This document shows positions 20,664-31,784 of a stretch of 64,000 bases of DNA, piece by piece; positions within the stretch are counted from its first letter, which is position 1, and every line of letters starts with the position of its first letter. A model generated the notes under the pieces. That model saw nothing but the letters and a program-made list of their open reading frames with translations. It did no database searches and had not been told where the DNA came from. The stretch is taken from positions 1,280,001-1,344,000 of the forward strand of contig CAWCKW010000012.1 of the NCBI GenBank assembly GCA_963796285.1, read 5' to 3'. The position numbers and the translations under genes were made by a program. The stretch comes from Nitrospirota bacterium. GTDB taxonomy: Bacteria; Nitrospirota; UBA9217.

Positions 20664-21855
20664 ATGCCTTTTTTCACCTATAAAGCCGTACGCGAAGACG
20701 GCACCTCGGTCATCGACGAGGCCATGGCGGGGAATGCCGCGGAACTCCGGCACGAGCTCGAGGACCGGGGCTACCTGGTACTGAACCTCGAGAAAAAACG
20801 CGCGGCGCTGAAGGGCGGCCGCGGGAGCGCAAAGGAATTTCCTCATCTTCAACCAGGAATTCGCCACCCTCATCAAGGCGGGGCTGCCCATTCTCCAGGC
20901 GATCGAACTATTGCACAAGCGGACGGAAAACCCGGGGTTCCGGAGCACCATCGAGAGCATCATCCACGACATCAAGGGCGGATCAGCGCTCTCGGACGCC
21001 ATGGCCCGTCACCCGGCCTACTTCTCTCCCCTCTACACCTCCACGGTGCGGGCCGGCGAGAAAAGCGGCGCACTCGTCGAAGTGCTGAAGCGCTTCATTG
21101 CGTACCAGAAAAGAATGATCGCCGTGCTGAGCAAGTTGAAAATGGCGCTCGCCTACCCGATCTTTCTGGTCATCGCGCTGATAGCGGTTCTCTTGCTCTT
21201 TTTCCTCTATATCATTCCGAACTTCACCCAGATGTACAGCGACCAGGCCGGCTCGCTCCCCTTTCTGACTAATCTCCTGGTGGCATTCACTACCGCGCTC
21301 ACCCGGTACGCGCCGTTTATCTTCATCGGTCTCTTCGGCGCCGGCGCGGGAATACACTTCTGGCAGAGGACGGAGAACGGCAGGGAGACGATCGACGGCC
21401 TGAAGCTCAGGATCCCGCTTCTGAAGTCGATCATGCTGCAGTATCTGCTCGCACAGATCACGCGGACCCTCGCCACCGTGCTCCGGGGCGGCATCCCGCT
21501 GGTGCAGGCCCTCGATACCACCGCGGGAGTGATCAGCAACAGGGTCATGGCGCGGCAATTGGCGGAGGCCCGGGCGCTCGTGACCGAAGGCGTGAGCCTC
21601 GCCGATGCATTCGAACGCACCCGGCTCGCGCCCGATATGACCATACGCATGATCGAGGTGGGAGAGTCGTCCGGCGACCTTCCGCAGATGCTCGAGGACG
21701 TGGCGGATTTCTACGACCAGGAGGTTGAGAACAGGTTGACGGTGCTGACGACCATGATCGAGCCGGTATTGATGCTGTCCATGGGGATCGTGATGGCCGT
21801 GATCGTGGTGGCTCTCTACCTCCCGATATTCGAAATGGGGGCGCATCTTAAATGA
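20664..21855 (+). CDS. Type II secretion/T4P inner-membrane platform protein (GspF/PilC family); frameshift near 20835
   Basis: MPFFTYKA, GEKSGAL, ALAYP, GESSGDL, IEPVLM, LYLPIF. Confidence 0.92.
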
Positions 21856-23576
21856 CATCGTTTAGAAGAAGACGTTTAGGAGAGATTCTCTCCGCTAAAG
21901 GGATCATGACCGAAGAGCAGATCAATGAGTTCCTGCGCCGGTCCAACGGAAGCCAGAAGCGCATCGGAGAGTGCCTGATCGACGAGCGCCTGATCACCGA
22001 AGAGGTCCTCGCTCAGGCACTGGCGGAGCAGCGCGGCCTGCGCTACGCGGACCTCACGGACTTCCGCATCACGCCGGCGTTCTTTGAAACCATATCCGTG
22101 GAATTGATGCAGCGCTACCAGTTCGTGCCGATGGAAGATACGGGAGACGTGTACATCCTGGCCATGACCGACCCCAACAACATCCGCGCCATCGACGAAC
22201 TCGAGATGATCCTGGACCGGCAGATCGAGATCTGCGTGAGCACGCCCTCAGCCATCCAGGCTGTTCTGAAACGGAGCGGCAGCTCGGAACAGGTGATGCA
22301 CGCAGTCTCGGAGGACTTCAAATTGCACCTCGTCAAGGAGCAGGAGAACGGCGAGGGTGAGGAGGTCCTGTCGCTCGAGAGCATTGACAAGGACGAGAGC
22401 CCGATCATCAAGCTCATGCATACGACCATCTTCGACGCCATCCAGCGCCGGGCAAGCGACATCCATATCGAATCCACGGACAAGAATGTCCTGATCAAGT
22501 ACCGCATCGACGGCGTACTCTATCTCGCCACCGAGCCCATCGACAACAAGTTCCACAGCTCCATAGTGTCCCGCATCAAGGTCATGAGCGACCTCGACAT
22601 CGCCGAGCGCCGCGTGCCGCAGGACGGCAGGTTCAAGCTCCGGACCGGCGGCAAGACCATCGATTTCCGCGTCTCGATCCTGCCCTCTGCCTTCGGGGAG
22701 GACGTGGTCATTCGCATCCTGGACAAGGAATCCATCACTGCCGGTGTGAACACACTCAAGCTCGAGAGCCTCGGGTTCGACGAAAACGACCTGCGCAGGT
22801 TCCGGAAGAGCATCCGCGAGCCCTATGGCATGGTGCTCGTTACCGGACCGACCGGAAGCGGCAAGACCACGACCCTGTACGCCGCCCTGACGGAGATCAA
22901 CACCGGCGAGGACAAGTTCATCACGATCGAGGACCCGGTGGAGTATCAGCTGCGGGGCGTTGTGCAGATCCCGGTGAACGAGAAAAAAGGCCTCACCTTC
23001 GCGCGGGGTCTCCGGTCGATCCTGCGGCACGATCCGGACAAGATCATGGTCGGCGAGATCCGCGACGCCGAGACCGGCCAGATCGCGGTCCAGTCGGCGC
23101 TCACCGGCCACCTTGTCTTCACCACCGTGCATGCCAACAACGCCTTCGACGTGCTCGGCCGGTTCCTGAACATGGGCATCGAGCCCTACAACTTCGTTTC
23201 ATCGCTCAACTGCATCCTGGCTCAGCGGCTCGTGAGGATCCTCTGTCCCCGGTGCAAAAAACCGGTCAAGCTTTCTCGAAAAGAGTTCGAGGAATCGGGA
23301 CTGGACTACGAACAACATAAGGACCGGCAGTTCTACGAGGCAGGTGGGTGCAAGGACTGCAACTTCACCGGATTCCGGGGCAGGAAGGCCATCACGGAAT
23401 TTCTCGATCTCTCCGACCATGTCCGGGAGATGATCCTCGAAAAACGGCCGTCGTCTGAGATCCGCAAGGCCGCCATCGCGGAGGGCATGACCACTCTCCG
23501 TCAGTCCGCCACCGCCAAGATCCTTGCCGGCGATACGACCTTGAAGGAGATCAACCGGGTAACGTTTATAGAATAG
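21852..23576 (+). CDS. GspE/PilB-family assembly ATPase with N-terminal MshEN domain
   Basis: RLGEIL, ASDIHIE, PQDGR, GPTGSGKTT, TIEDPVE, LRHDPD, tetra-Cys motif. Confidence 0.95.
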   Translation: MTSFRRRRLGEILSAKGIMTEEQINEFLRRSNGSQKRIGECLIDERLITEEVLAQALAEQRGLRYADLTDFRITPAFFETISVELMQRYQFVPMEDTGDVYILAMTDPNNIRAIDELEMILDRQIEICVSTPSAIQAVLKRSGSSEQVMHAVSEDFKLHLVKEQENGEGEEVLSLESIDKDESPIIKLMHTTIFDAIQRRASDIHIESTDKNVLIKYRIDGVLYLATEPIDNKFHSSIVSRIKVMSDLDIAERRVPQDGRFKLRTGGKTIDFRVSILPSAFGEDVVIRILDKESITAGVNTLKLESLGFDENDLRRFRKSIREPYGMVLVTGPTGSGKTTTLYAALTEINTGEDKFITIEDPVEYQLRGVVQIPVNEKKGLTFARGLRSILRHDPDKIMVGEIRDAETGQIAVQSALTGHLVFTTVHANNAFDVLGRFLNMGIEPYNFVSSLNCILAQRLVRILCPRCKKPVKLSRKEFEESGLDYEQHKDRQFYEAGGCKDCNFTGFRGRKAITEFLDLSDHVREMILEKRPSSEIRKAAIAEGMTTLRQSATAKILAGDTTLKEINRVTFIE

Positions 23577-23585
23577 AGTGGCCAG

Positions 23586-24941
23586 ATGATCATATTCCTA
23601 TTAAACATAAAGAATTTTTTTGCAGCCGCCGTGCTGCTTTGCTTTTTCACTCTTCTCGTTTTTCCGTTCATTGCTGATTCGACAGAAAGCAACGCACTCC
23701 CCCCACTACAGTTGAGCGGAGAACTCGACAACACCCCGCGGACCGTCATGCTCTGTAAGCCCCTGACGATCCAGTTCAGCGTCAAGAATACCGGCAATGT
23801 CCCCATTTCCTACGGCACGATCGGTCTCTCTATCAAGGCAGCAGGCACAAGACAGCCTATCTTTGCACGGCAGCTCCCTTTCACCACGAAGACTAACTCG
23901 ATCAGGATCGAGAACGTGACCTTTCCACAGGGCGAGTATACACTTACCCTGAAGGCATCGGTTGTGAAGAGCGAGGACTCGATCAATCGTGAATACACGC
24001 TCATCGAGCAGCCGTTGACGGTATCTGCGCCAATCCTGGTAAAAAGGGCGGACAGTTCCGTCCCCCGCGTGCTCCTCTGGCTCAGCCGGACCGGCAACCC
24101 GGTCCAGCGGGTATTTGCCGAAAAGATCGTCAAGGAGGCATTTGCAGGGGACGGCGTCTATACCATGATTGTCGACACGGCGGAGGCTTTCACGAACCAG
24201 GCCATGAGCGGGGATTTCAATACTGCCGTGCTGTTCGAGACCGATGAACTCCTCGATCGGACTGATTGGCTGCAGGACAACGTCGCGCGCGGGATGGGGC
24301 TGGTGGTCATTGGTCCTGAAGACAAGACCAGAATGACCGCAGAGACCTTCGGCTTCAAGTTCCTGGAGATGCCTGCCACGACGCCGGCCATGCTCCTGCT
24401 CACCGAAGACTCGGGAATGGAGCTTTCGGGCACCGTCCCCGTAAGCGGCCGGATCCTGCTGCCACAGAAGAAAAACGCGAAACCGGCGGCCCTGTTGGGC
24501 GGAGATAAAAAGCCCGCCATGCTTATCGATACGGTAGGGAACGGGAACGTGATCGTGATGCCTTTTTCCTTAATTCGCTCCGCGCTCGATGCGGGAACGA
24601 CCTCGCTTTACAGCCTGTTGCTCCGCGCAGCCGTCCATACCGCCGCACCGGAGAGCGATGAGCTGACCGGCGTATCCTCGATCGAGCTGCTGGTCTCGGC
24701 GCCCTCGGGTCCGGTCGGGGCACACGTGGTGGAAACACTTCCCGCGGGGACCAGGGTCATCTGGACGAACGCCGAGGGGACCGTGAAGAACAATACCCTG
24801 CTCTATGACCTGATCGCCGACAAAGAGCCTCAGAAGCTCCTGTACGTGTACCAGCCTCCGGCCGGCAGCAAGACCCCGGCCTTCTCCGAGGTGTTCTTCG
24901 AATGCAACGGGAACTTCGTAAGCCAGGGAAAGATTGAATGA
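23586..24941 (+). CDS. Hypothetical exported protein (Ig/CARDB-like N-terminal part)
   Basis: 451 aa, N-terminal hydrophobic segment, VKNTGNV motif; stop overlaps the next start. Confidence 0.7.
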   Translation: MIIFLLNIKNFFAAAVLLCFFTLLVFPFIADSTESNALPPLQLSGELDNTPRTVMLCKPLTIQFSVKNTGNVPISYGTIGLSIKAAGTRQPIFARQLPFTTKTNSIRIENVTFPQGEYTLTLKASVVKSEDSINREYTLIEQPLTVSAPILVKRADSSVPRVLLWLSRTGNPVQRVFAEKIVKEAFAGDGVYTMIVDTAEAFTNQAMSGDFNTAVLFETDELLDRTDWLQDNVARGMGLVVIGPEDKTRMTAETFGFKFLEMPATTPAMLLLTEDSGMELSGTVPVSGRILLPQKKNAKPAALLGGDKKPAMLIDTVGNGNVIVMPFSLIRSALDAGTTSLYSLLLRAAVHTAAPESDELTGVSSIELLVSAPSGPVGAHVVETLPAGTRVIWTNAEGTVKNNTLLYDLIADKEPQKLLYVYQPPAGSKTPAFSEVFFECNGNFVSQGKIE

Positions 24942-25564
24942 GCAGTTCAGCGTTCAACGTTCAACGTTCAAAGGGTCACCTGCTCCGCAATCCGAAATCC
25001 GCTAACTACAATTTCCGAGGTTTCGCCTACATTGCACTGCTTGTTGCCATCACTATCATTGGGATCAGTCTTGGGGCTGCGGGCAAGTACTGGAGCAACG
25101 TGATGATCCGAGATAAGGAGGAAGAGTTGCTCTACCGGGGCGACCAGTATCGCAGGGCCATCGAGCATTATGTTTCAGCGATCCCCGGCAGGCAGGATTA
25201 TCCCCAAAGCATCGAAGACCTGCTCAAGGACGATCGCACAGCGATAGGCAAACGACACCTGCGCCAGAAATATAAAGATCCGATCAGCGGCGAGGATTTT
25301 GTGGAAATACGGAACACGCTTACCAAACGCATCATCGGTGTGCACAGTCCGAGTGAAAAGGAGCCTCTCAAAAAGGCGGGCTTTCCGGATGTATATAACA
25401 CGACGCAGGTTGTCGCACAGCCCGGTTTTCCGGAAACTTATAATAACTTCTCAGATAAAATGAAATACAGCGAGTGGCTTTTTGTTGCAACCATCAAGTC
25501 GGCACAGACTCCGACGACAGGCACGAGGCCTGTTTTGACCCGTTCAGCTCCTACCTTTAAATAA
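24938..25564 (+). CDS. Type II secretion pseudopilin-like protein
   Basis: RG|FAYIALLVAITIIG prepilin motif, KEEELL..G, YP.SIEDLL.D, HLRQKYKDP. Confidence 0.85.
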   Translation: MSSSAFNVQRSKGHLLRNPKSANYNFRGFAYIALLVAITIIGISLGAAGKYWSNVMIRDKEEELLYRGDQYRRAIEHYVSAIPGRQDYPQSIEDLLKDDRTAIGKRHLRQKYKDPISGEDFVEIRNTLTKRIIGVHSPSEKEPLKKAGFPDVYNTTQVVAQPGFPETYNNFSDKMKYSEWLFVATIKSAQTPTTGTRPVLTRSAPTFK

Positions 25565-25668
25565 TCTTTTTTTTCAATTATCATGACAGTACCTCTAATC
25601 GACCTGCGGGTCCATGGCATTGTCTCTTGCCTGGACAAAAACCGGTCTACTCCCGTGACGCGAGCCCG

Positions 25669-26427
25669 CTACAGGTCCCCTTTCATCGAATACCATGCAA
25701 AACTGATATATTCTGAGAGGGCGACAGCTGATGTGGAAAGGCCAGCGGCGCTGGGGATGAAGGAGTACCGCGATACTGGTTGAGACAGTGCGAGGTATCC
25801 TGTCGGGGATGGAACAACATCGAATCCCTGCTTCTTGAACAGTGCCACAGACCTCTTCATGTGAAATGCCGATGTCACCAGGATGATACGCTTCCCCTTG
25901 AGCAGACCCCTGACCGCCCTGGCGCTCTCCAGGGTATTTCTGGATTTATTTTCAATAACAATATCCTGCTTCGGTATACCAAGGGCCACCGCTGCGCGTG
26001 CCATGGCATCGGCCTCCGCTATTTCAGAATGTATCAGCGAACCACTCCCACCGGTAATAATGAGCGGCCTCCGTAAATCGCGATAAAGCATCACGCCCTT
26101 GACCAGTCGTTCCAGGGAAAGATCCGACGGCTCAGGTTCAAGACCGAGCCGCGAAAGATCACTGACCCCTCCGGTGAGTACCACGATCGCGTCGGCATGG
26201 ACCGTCTTGTCCTTGAGCGGTGGATAACTTGTCTCAAGCGGTACGATCAACGAATTGATGACCGGACCAGAGCTCAAACCGTACAGGAGCAGGAAACCAA
26301 GGACGATTAAGCCCCATCCAACCATGCGCTTCTGCCTGACGATCACAAAACCTGCGGCCATCAGCAGCAAGATACTGGACGGCGGCAGGACCAGGTAGAG
26401 CAGGACCTTCGATATGATAAATAACAT
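25669..26427 (-). CDS. YdcF/ElyC (DUF218) family protein
   Basis: AIVVLTGG, IITGG, SRNTLESA, LVTSAFHMKRS. Confidence 0.9.
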   Translation of the reverse strand: MLFIISKVLLYLVLPPSSILLLMAAGFVIVRQKRMVGWGLIVLGFLLLYGLSSGPVINSLIVPLETSYPPLKDKTVHADAIVVLTGGVSDLSRLGLEPEPSDLSLERLVKGVMLYRDLRRPLIITGGSGSLIHSEIAEADAMARAAVALGIPKQDIVIENKSRNTLESARAVRGLLKGKRIILVTSAFHMKRSVALFKKQGFDVVPSPTGYLALSQPVSRYSFIPSAAGLSTSAVALSEYISFAWYSMKGDL

Positions 26428-26510
26428 AGTGAAATACCCCTCTGATTTGTCAGAACATCGCTCCTGGAAAGCGGCGGTCTCCTTTTACCGGGTGGACTGA
26501 TGTCCCGCGT

Positions 26511-29052
26511 TCACGCGGGATGCGCCATTTTTAACACCTCGAACCATACTATGCTCATGACACCGGCAGCAACGCAGATGAAGATATCGAACGGGTGCAG
26601 GACCGAGAACCGGAACAGGCCCCGAAGGAATGGAACATACAGCACCAGTCCGAGAAACACGACTGCGCCACCCGTCACCCACCACAGCGCGGTATTCGGC
26701 GAACGCAGCGTGGCCAGGACCGTGCGCGACCACGAGCGGTTCACAAAGATAAGGCCGAGGTTCGCGATGATGAGCGTGGCAAAGGTGAGCGCCCGGGAGT
26801 CCTCCTCGCTCTGTCCCCGCTTGAGCGAAACAACGTACACGAACACGAGCATGGCGAGCACGCTCAGACCCTGGAGCAGGCTTATGGTCACGGTCCTCTT
26901 CCCGAACAAGGGCGCATCGGGCCGGCGCGGAGGCCGGGTCATCACGTCCGCTTCCTCGGGTTCGGCCTCGAACACAACGGAACATGCCGGGTCGATGATG
27001 AGTTCGAGGAACACGATGTGCATGGGCAGGAGCACCAGCGGCCACTTGAACAGCACCGGGATGAGTGACATGCCCGCGATCGGCACGTGCACGGCAAAAA
27101 TATAGGCCACGGCCTTCTTGAGGTTGTCGAAGATCCTGCGGCCCATGCGCACGGCCTGTACGATGGATGAAAAATCGTCGTCGAGCAGCACGAGCGCCGA
27201 GGCCTCGCGCGCCACGTCCGTACCGCGTCCTCCCATGGCGATGCCGATGTGAGCGGCCTTGAGCGCCGGCGCATCGTTCACCCCGTCGCCGGTCATGGCC
27301 ACGACCTCGCCGATGCCCTTGAAGGCGTTCACGATCCTGAGCTTTTGCTCGGGCACGACCCGCGCGAAGATGTTCACGTTCCTGATACGGTCCCGAAGAC
27401 GCTCCTCATCCATGCTGTCGAGCTCGGGCCCGGTGATGACCTGATCGCTGTTCCGCAGGCCGATCTGGCCGGCGATGTTCGCGGCCGTCCCCGGGTAGTC
27501 GCCCGTGATCATTACGACCCTGATGCCGGCGGTATGACATTCCTTTACCGCCTCGGCCACGCCGGGCCGCACGGGGTCGGCAAGCCCCACTAGCCCCAGG
27601 AACTCGAAGATGAAGTCGTGCTGTTCTCCGGGCAGGTCGGTTACCGTGAAATAGGCCTTGGCCACGCCAAGGATGCGCAGCCCCTTGTTTGCCATGATCT
27701 CGATCGCGCCGGAGATCTCCCGTGTACGCGGAGCATCACAATGGCACAGGTCGGCGATCGCCTCGGGCGATCCCTTGGTCGCGATCACATACTCGCTGCC
27801 TCCGGGCGACTTCCAGACATGGGACAGCGCAAGCAGGCTGTTCGAGAGCGGATATTCCCGGACAAGGGTCCAGTCGTCATGGAGATGTTCGGTGCGGGTA
27901 AGATAATGGCTGCCGAGCTCTTTGAACGCCTTCTCCATGGGATCGAACGGGTCCTTATGGCTTGCAAGGATGCTGAACTCTATGACCTCATGGAAGTCCT
28001 CGGGGATGGTCTTCTCCGCAAGGTAATCCACATCATAGAACGCACCGTGTGAGTATATGGTGCTTGACCGACATGCGGTTCTGGGTGATCGTCCCGGTCT
28101 TGTCCACGCAGAGCACCGTGGCCGCGCCCAGGGTCTCGACCGCCGGCACGCGACGGGTGAGCACGCGCTTCTGCGAGATGCGCCACGCGCCCAGGGCCAG
28201 GAAGATCGTGAGCACAACGGGAAATTCCTCGGGCAGCAAGGCCATGGCGAGCGTTATGCCGGCGAGGAAGCCGTTCAGCCAGTTCCCTCGTGTAAGCCCG
28301 TACACAACGATCACGAGGCAGCACATGAACAGGCCGATGAACGCCAGGTTCCGTACGATCTTCCGGGTCTCCGTCTGGAGCGGCGTTTCCTCGATCTCCA
28401 CGCTCTGGAGCGCCTTCCCGATCTTGCCCATCTCCGTGTGCACGCCCGTGGCCAGTACCGTTGCGATCCCCTGCCCCTTTACCACGAGCGTGCCGGAATA
28501 CACAAAGGGCAGGTCCTCGCCCCCGGGACGGGTCATCGCGGGGATCTGGTCGCACGCGGTCTTGCGGACGGAAACCGACTCGCCGGTCAGGAGCGATTCG
28601 TCGATCGAGAGGTTCGAGCAGGACAGGATCGCGGCATCAGCAGGGACCCGGTCGCCTTCGCTCAGGACAATGACATCTCCCCGCGCCACCTCGCGCCCGG
28701 CAATACGATGCTGTTTTCCGTCGCGAATTACCAGGGCACGCGGGCTCGACAGGTCGCGGAGTGCCTCGAGGGCGCGTTCGGTCTTGCGCTCCTGGTAGAG
28801 CGTTATCCCGACGACCACGAACACAAAGCCGAGCAGCATGATCGCTTCCCGCAGGTCACCGAGTATTAGGTAGATCGCCCCGCAGATGACGAGAAGCAGG
28901 AACATCGGTTCCCGCACCACGTCAAACGCAATGGCAAAGATGCTGCGCTGCTTTGACGAAGGCAGTTCATTGAACCCTTCGCGCCTGAGCCGTGCGGCTG
29001 CTTCCTGTTCGGAAAGTCCGGTTATGGTATTGATATCGAAAGGAGGGATCAA
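26511..29052 (-). CDS. Cation-translocating P-type ATPase (Ca2+/cation type); frameshift near 28060
   Basis: DESLLTGES, PEE, DKTGT, MITGD, TGDGVNDAPAL. Confidence 0.95.
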
Positions 29053-29267
29053 ATCAGGTTCCTTAACAGATTAAGTATATGTCCTGCTCAAAGTATACTT
29101 AAATAGCATTGGATTGGGAAGGGATATTTCTCAGGCATCAGGACATACAGTCACGCATGAAAAGGCTGCGAAAATAAATATTTGAATTTTGCTCGATATG
29201 ATATAGTTAGCCGGCAATCAGTCTGTCCGGACGGCAAGAAAAGCGATCGAATGGACCCCGATTAACA

Positions 29268-29392
29268 GATTGTTGAAAAAGGCCAATGTCACAAACACGC
29301 ACCCTGAAGGGTGCGGCTACCTAATTAAATAATCATTGTCTATGTTTTGGTAGCCGCAGGCTTCAGCCTGCGAAAAGGTTATTCAACAACCT
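29268..29392. repeat. REPIN-like element: two inverted GTAG-type REPs within outer inverted repeats
   Basis: CGCACCCTGAAGGGTGCGGCTAC (29298-29320) and GTAGCCGCAGGCTTCAGCCTGCG (29350-29372); outer TTGTTGAA/TTCAACAA. Confidence 0.75.
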
Positions 29393-29507
29393 ATTAAACA
29401 GCTTCCGGTGAAATCTGAAGCTTGACATACCTTGACGAATCTGCTTTATTATAGGCTTAAGACAGCTGACGGTGACAGTATAAAATCTTTATAGCGCGGA
29501 GAGTATT

Positions 29508-30008
29508 ATGGATACGTCAAAAAAAGAAGATACGGGCATGCATATCAAATCAGCCATAGGGCAAGAGCTGCTTGTGCGGGATGTGATGACCAAGGGGGTC
29601 ATCTCCATTTCAAAATTCGAACCCGTTATGCAGGTGGCGGACATCTTGACGGAAAAAAATATCAGCGGCCTTCCGGTGGTGGACAAGGAAAAAAAAGTGA
29701 TCGGCATCATTACTCAGGCCGATATCCTCTCCATGATCGGGGTGAGCAGGGACCACACGTTCAAAGATCTGTTAAAACACATGCTGGGAGAAACACTGCC
29801 GGAACGCAGGATCGGGGACCATGTCGGGGACATAATGACGTCCCCGGCACACACCATAAAACCCGATGCAAATATTGCCGAAGCAGTGCGGATCATGGAT
29901 GAAAAAAAGATCAGAAGGCTGACCGTGACGGATGAAAAAGGCATACTCATCGGGATCCTGACACGGGCTGACATTTTAAAGGCCGTCATAATCAAAATAA
30001 GGTCTTAG
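29508..30008 (+). CDS. CBS-domain pair protein
   Basis: VRDVMT, ISGLPVVD, GIITQADIL, VGDIMT, GILTRADIL. Confidence 0.92.
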   Translation: MDTSKKEDTGMHIKSAIGQELLVRDVMTKGVISISKFEPVMQVADILTEKNISGLPVVDKEKKVIGIITQADILSMIGVSRDHTFKDLLKHMLGETLPERRIGDHVGDIMTSPAHTIKPDANIAEAVRIMDEKKIRRLTVTDEKGILIGILTRADILKAVIIKIRS

Positions 30009-30049
30009 CAACCAAGGAACCAAATTCTTTACAAAACGGCACGAAATTA

Positions 30050-30156
30050 TCTCGCAGAGGCGCAGAGGACGCAGAGTTAAAGCAAAACATTTTCGTCATG
30101 GTTTTAACCCGGAATATTTTTAATCTTTTCTCCGCGAACTCTGCGCCTCTGCGAGA
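30050..30156. repeat. Inverted-arm element, CGCAGAG variant (empty)
   Basis: TCTCGCAGAGGCGCAGAGGACGCAGAG ... CTCCGCGAACTCTGCGCCTCTGCGAGA. Confidence 0.8.
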
Positions 30157-30172
30157 GACGCCCTTTAAAATT

Positions 30173-30388
30173 ATGGAATATATCTCGAAATTACCGTGGG
30201 GGCTCGTCATTCTCGCCTGCCTGACCCTCGGGCTCGCCCCCTTCTCCCCGCCCCATATCTGGGAAAAGCTCCAGATGTTGATGAAGGGGCAACTCGTCAG
30301 GCCGATCGACTGGTTCGACTTTGTGCTGCATGGAACACCCTGGGTGGTGCTTGTTCTGAAGGGCATTGTTTCTTTGATGAAGAAATAA
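30173..30388 (+). CDS. Small membrane protein (LGLAPF..PH.WEKL family)
   Basis: 71 aa, LTLGLAPFSPPHIWEKL...IDWFDFVLHG. Confidence 0.75.
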   Translation: MEYISKLPWGLVILACLTLGLAPFSPPHIWEKLQMLMKGQLVRPIDWFDFVLHGTPWVVLVLKGIVSLMKK

Positions 30389-30515
30389 AAACGGGAACAA
30401 AAGATAGATCGAACTGCTTCGGAACCAGCATTTGTATCAGTTGGAATTTGCATTTTCAAGCATATAAAAACAGCCTTCGGTCTTACAGCCCGCAATCTGA
30501 ATTGTTACTTTTAAT

Positions 30516-31083
30516 TTAGAAATCCAGCGGACTCTTCCTCTCTTTCGCGGTTCTGCTCGGCACACAGTGAGTATAAATCATCGTCGTCCTGACATCCGAA
30601 TGGCCCAGCATTTCCTGGATCGTGCGGATGTCGTAATTGGCCTGGAGCAGATGGGTCGCGAAGGAATGGCGGAAGGTGTGCGTGGTTACTCGCTTGGTGA
30701 GCTGTGCTCTCTTGACGGCAAAATACATCGCATCCTGGAAACGCGCATCATGAACGTGATATCGCCGCTTCTGTCCGGACGACGCGACAGCAGTCAATGA
30801 TGCCTGCGGAAAGAACCACTGCCATTGAAACTCTTTGGGCGCGTTCGGATATTTCTTTTCCAGCTGGTCTTCCAGAAATACGCCGGAATAGCCGGCGGAT
30901 ATGTCATCGATATGCAGTTTTTTCACGAACGCCATCTGTGCGAGCAATTCCGGTACGATCGTGTTCGGCAGGGGCACTGTCCTGCTCTTACCGCCTTTTC
31001 CCTTGACCGTAAGCAGACCGGCATCGAAATTGAAATCCTTCACGCGCACTTTCACCACTTCAAAACAGCGGAGGCCGCAACTG
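30516..31083 (-). pseudogene. intI: Integron integrase, C-terminal half only
   Basis: CGLR, KGKGGKSR, HTFRHSFATHLL, LGH, TTMIYTH and the integron-specific insertion KKYPNA..FQWQWFFP...RRYHVH; N-terminal half missing. Confidence 0.88.
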
Positions 31084-31109
31084 GTGAGTGCCCTGGTAGC
31101 AGAAACTGA

Positions 31110-31138
31110 TTGATAAACAGTTGCCATATTGTTATAAT
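31110..31138 (+). promoter_or_regulatory. Promoter of the toxin-antitoxin cassette
   Basis: TTGATA-17 bp-TATAAT. Confidence 0.7.
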
Positions 31139-31184
31139 TGCGTCAGAATAACAGTCAATAAACGGATCGTGAGGTTTGGTAACT

Positions 31185-31391
31185 ATGAGCCCGACAAAAA
31201 CTATAATTTCAAAAGCCTTAAACCTTAAACCAGCGGAAAAATCCCTTCTTATAGAAGCCTTACTTCGGAGCCTAGATGTAGCCGATCCAAAAATTGAAAA
31301 GATATGGGCAGTTGAAGCCGAGAAAAGACTCAAAGCATACAAGGCCGGCAAGATTAAAACGGTATCTTTCGAGGATATGTTCGCTAAATGA
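31185..31391 (+). CDS. Addiction-module antitoxin
   Basis: AL.L.P.EK..L.E.LL.SL...W..EAE.R...Y..G; overlaps the toxin start. Confidence 0.85.
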   Translation: MSPTKTIISKALNLKPAEKSLLIEALLRSLDVADPKIEKIWAVEAEKRLKAYKAGKIKTVSFEDMFAK

Positions 31392-31681
31392 AAATGGAGA
31401 TTCTCGAAATTGCCCGTCGAGAATATGATGAGGCTAAAGAGTTTTATGAGACAGAACAACCCGGTTTAGGGTCCCAATTCACGGAACAAATCAGGCATTC
31501 CCTTCGCCGCATTCAACAATACCCTCAAGCATGGCCGCCGGAGCGTAAGGAAATCCGGCGATACATCGTCCACAAATTCCCCTATAAGATTCTCTATTCC
31601 ATTCAAGCTGATAAAATAGTCGTTCTTGCATTCGCGCATTTACACCGCCAACCGGACTACTGGGTTGATAGACAGAAGTAG
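31388..31681 (+). CDS. RelE/ParE-family toxin
   Basis: A..EY.EA..FY....GLG..F, FPYKILY, AFAHLHRQPDYW. Confidence 0.9.
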   Translation: MKMEILEIARREYDEAKEFYETEQPGLGSQFTEQIRHSLRRIQQYPQAWPPERKEIRRYIVHKFPYKILYSIQADKIVVLAFAHLHRQPDYWVDRQK

Positions 31682-31725
31682 CATCTCTTGTTTGAGCGGA
31701 CCGGGGCTGTAATGTCGTACTACTA

Positions 31726-31784
31726 CTTCAACATGCGCCTCGACAGCGACGCGCCAGAGGCGGCGCGTCAGGCGCGCGTTCATG
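31726..31784 (+). mobile_element. Degenerate attC-like site (59 bp)
   Basis: CTTCAAC-ATGCGCCT-C-GAC...GTC-AGGCGCGC-GTTCATG imperfect palindrome with an extrahelical base, just after the TA pair. Confidence 0.55.
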
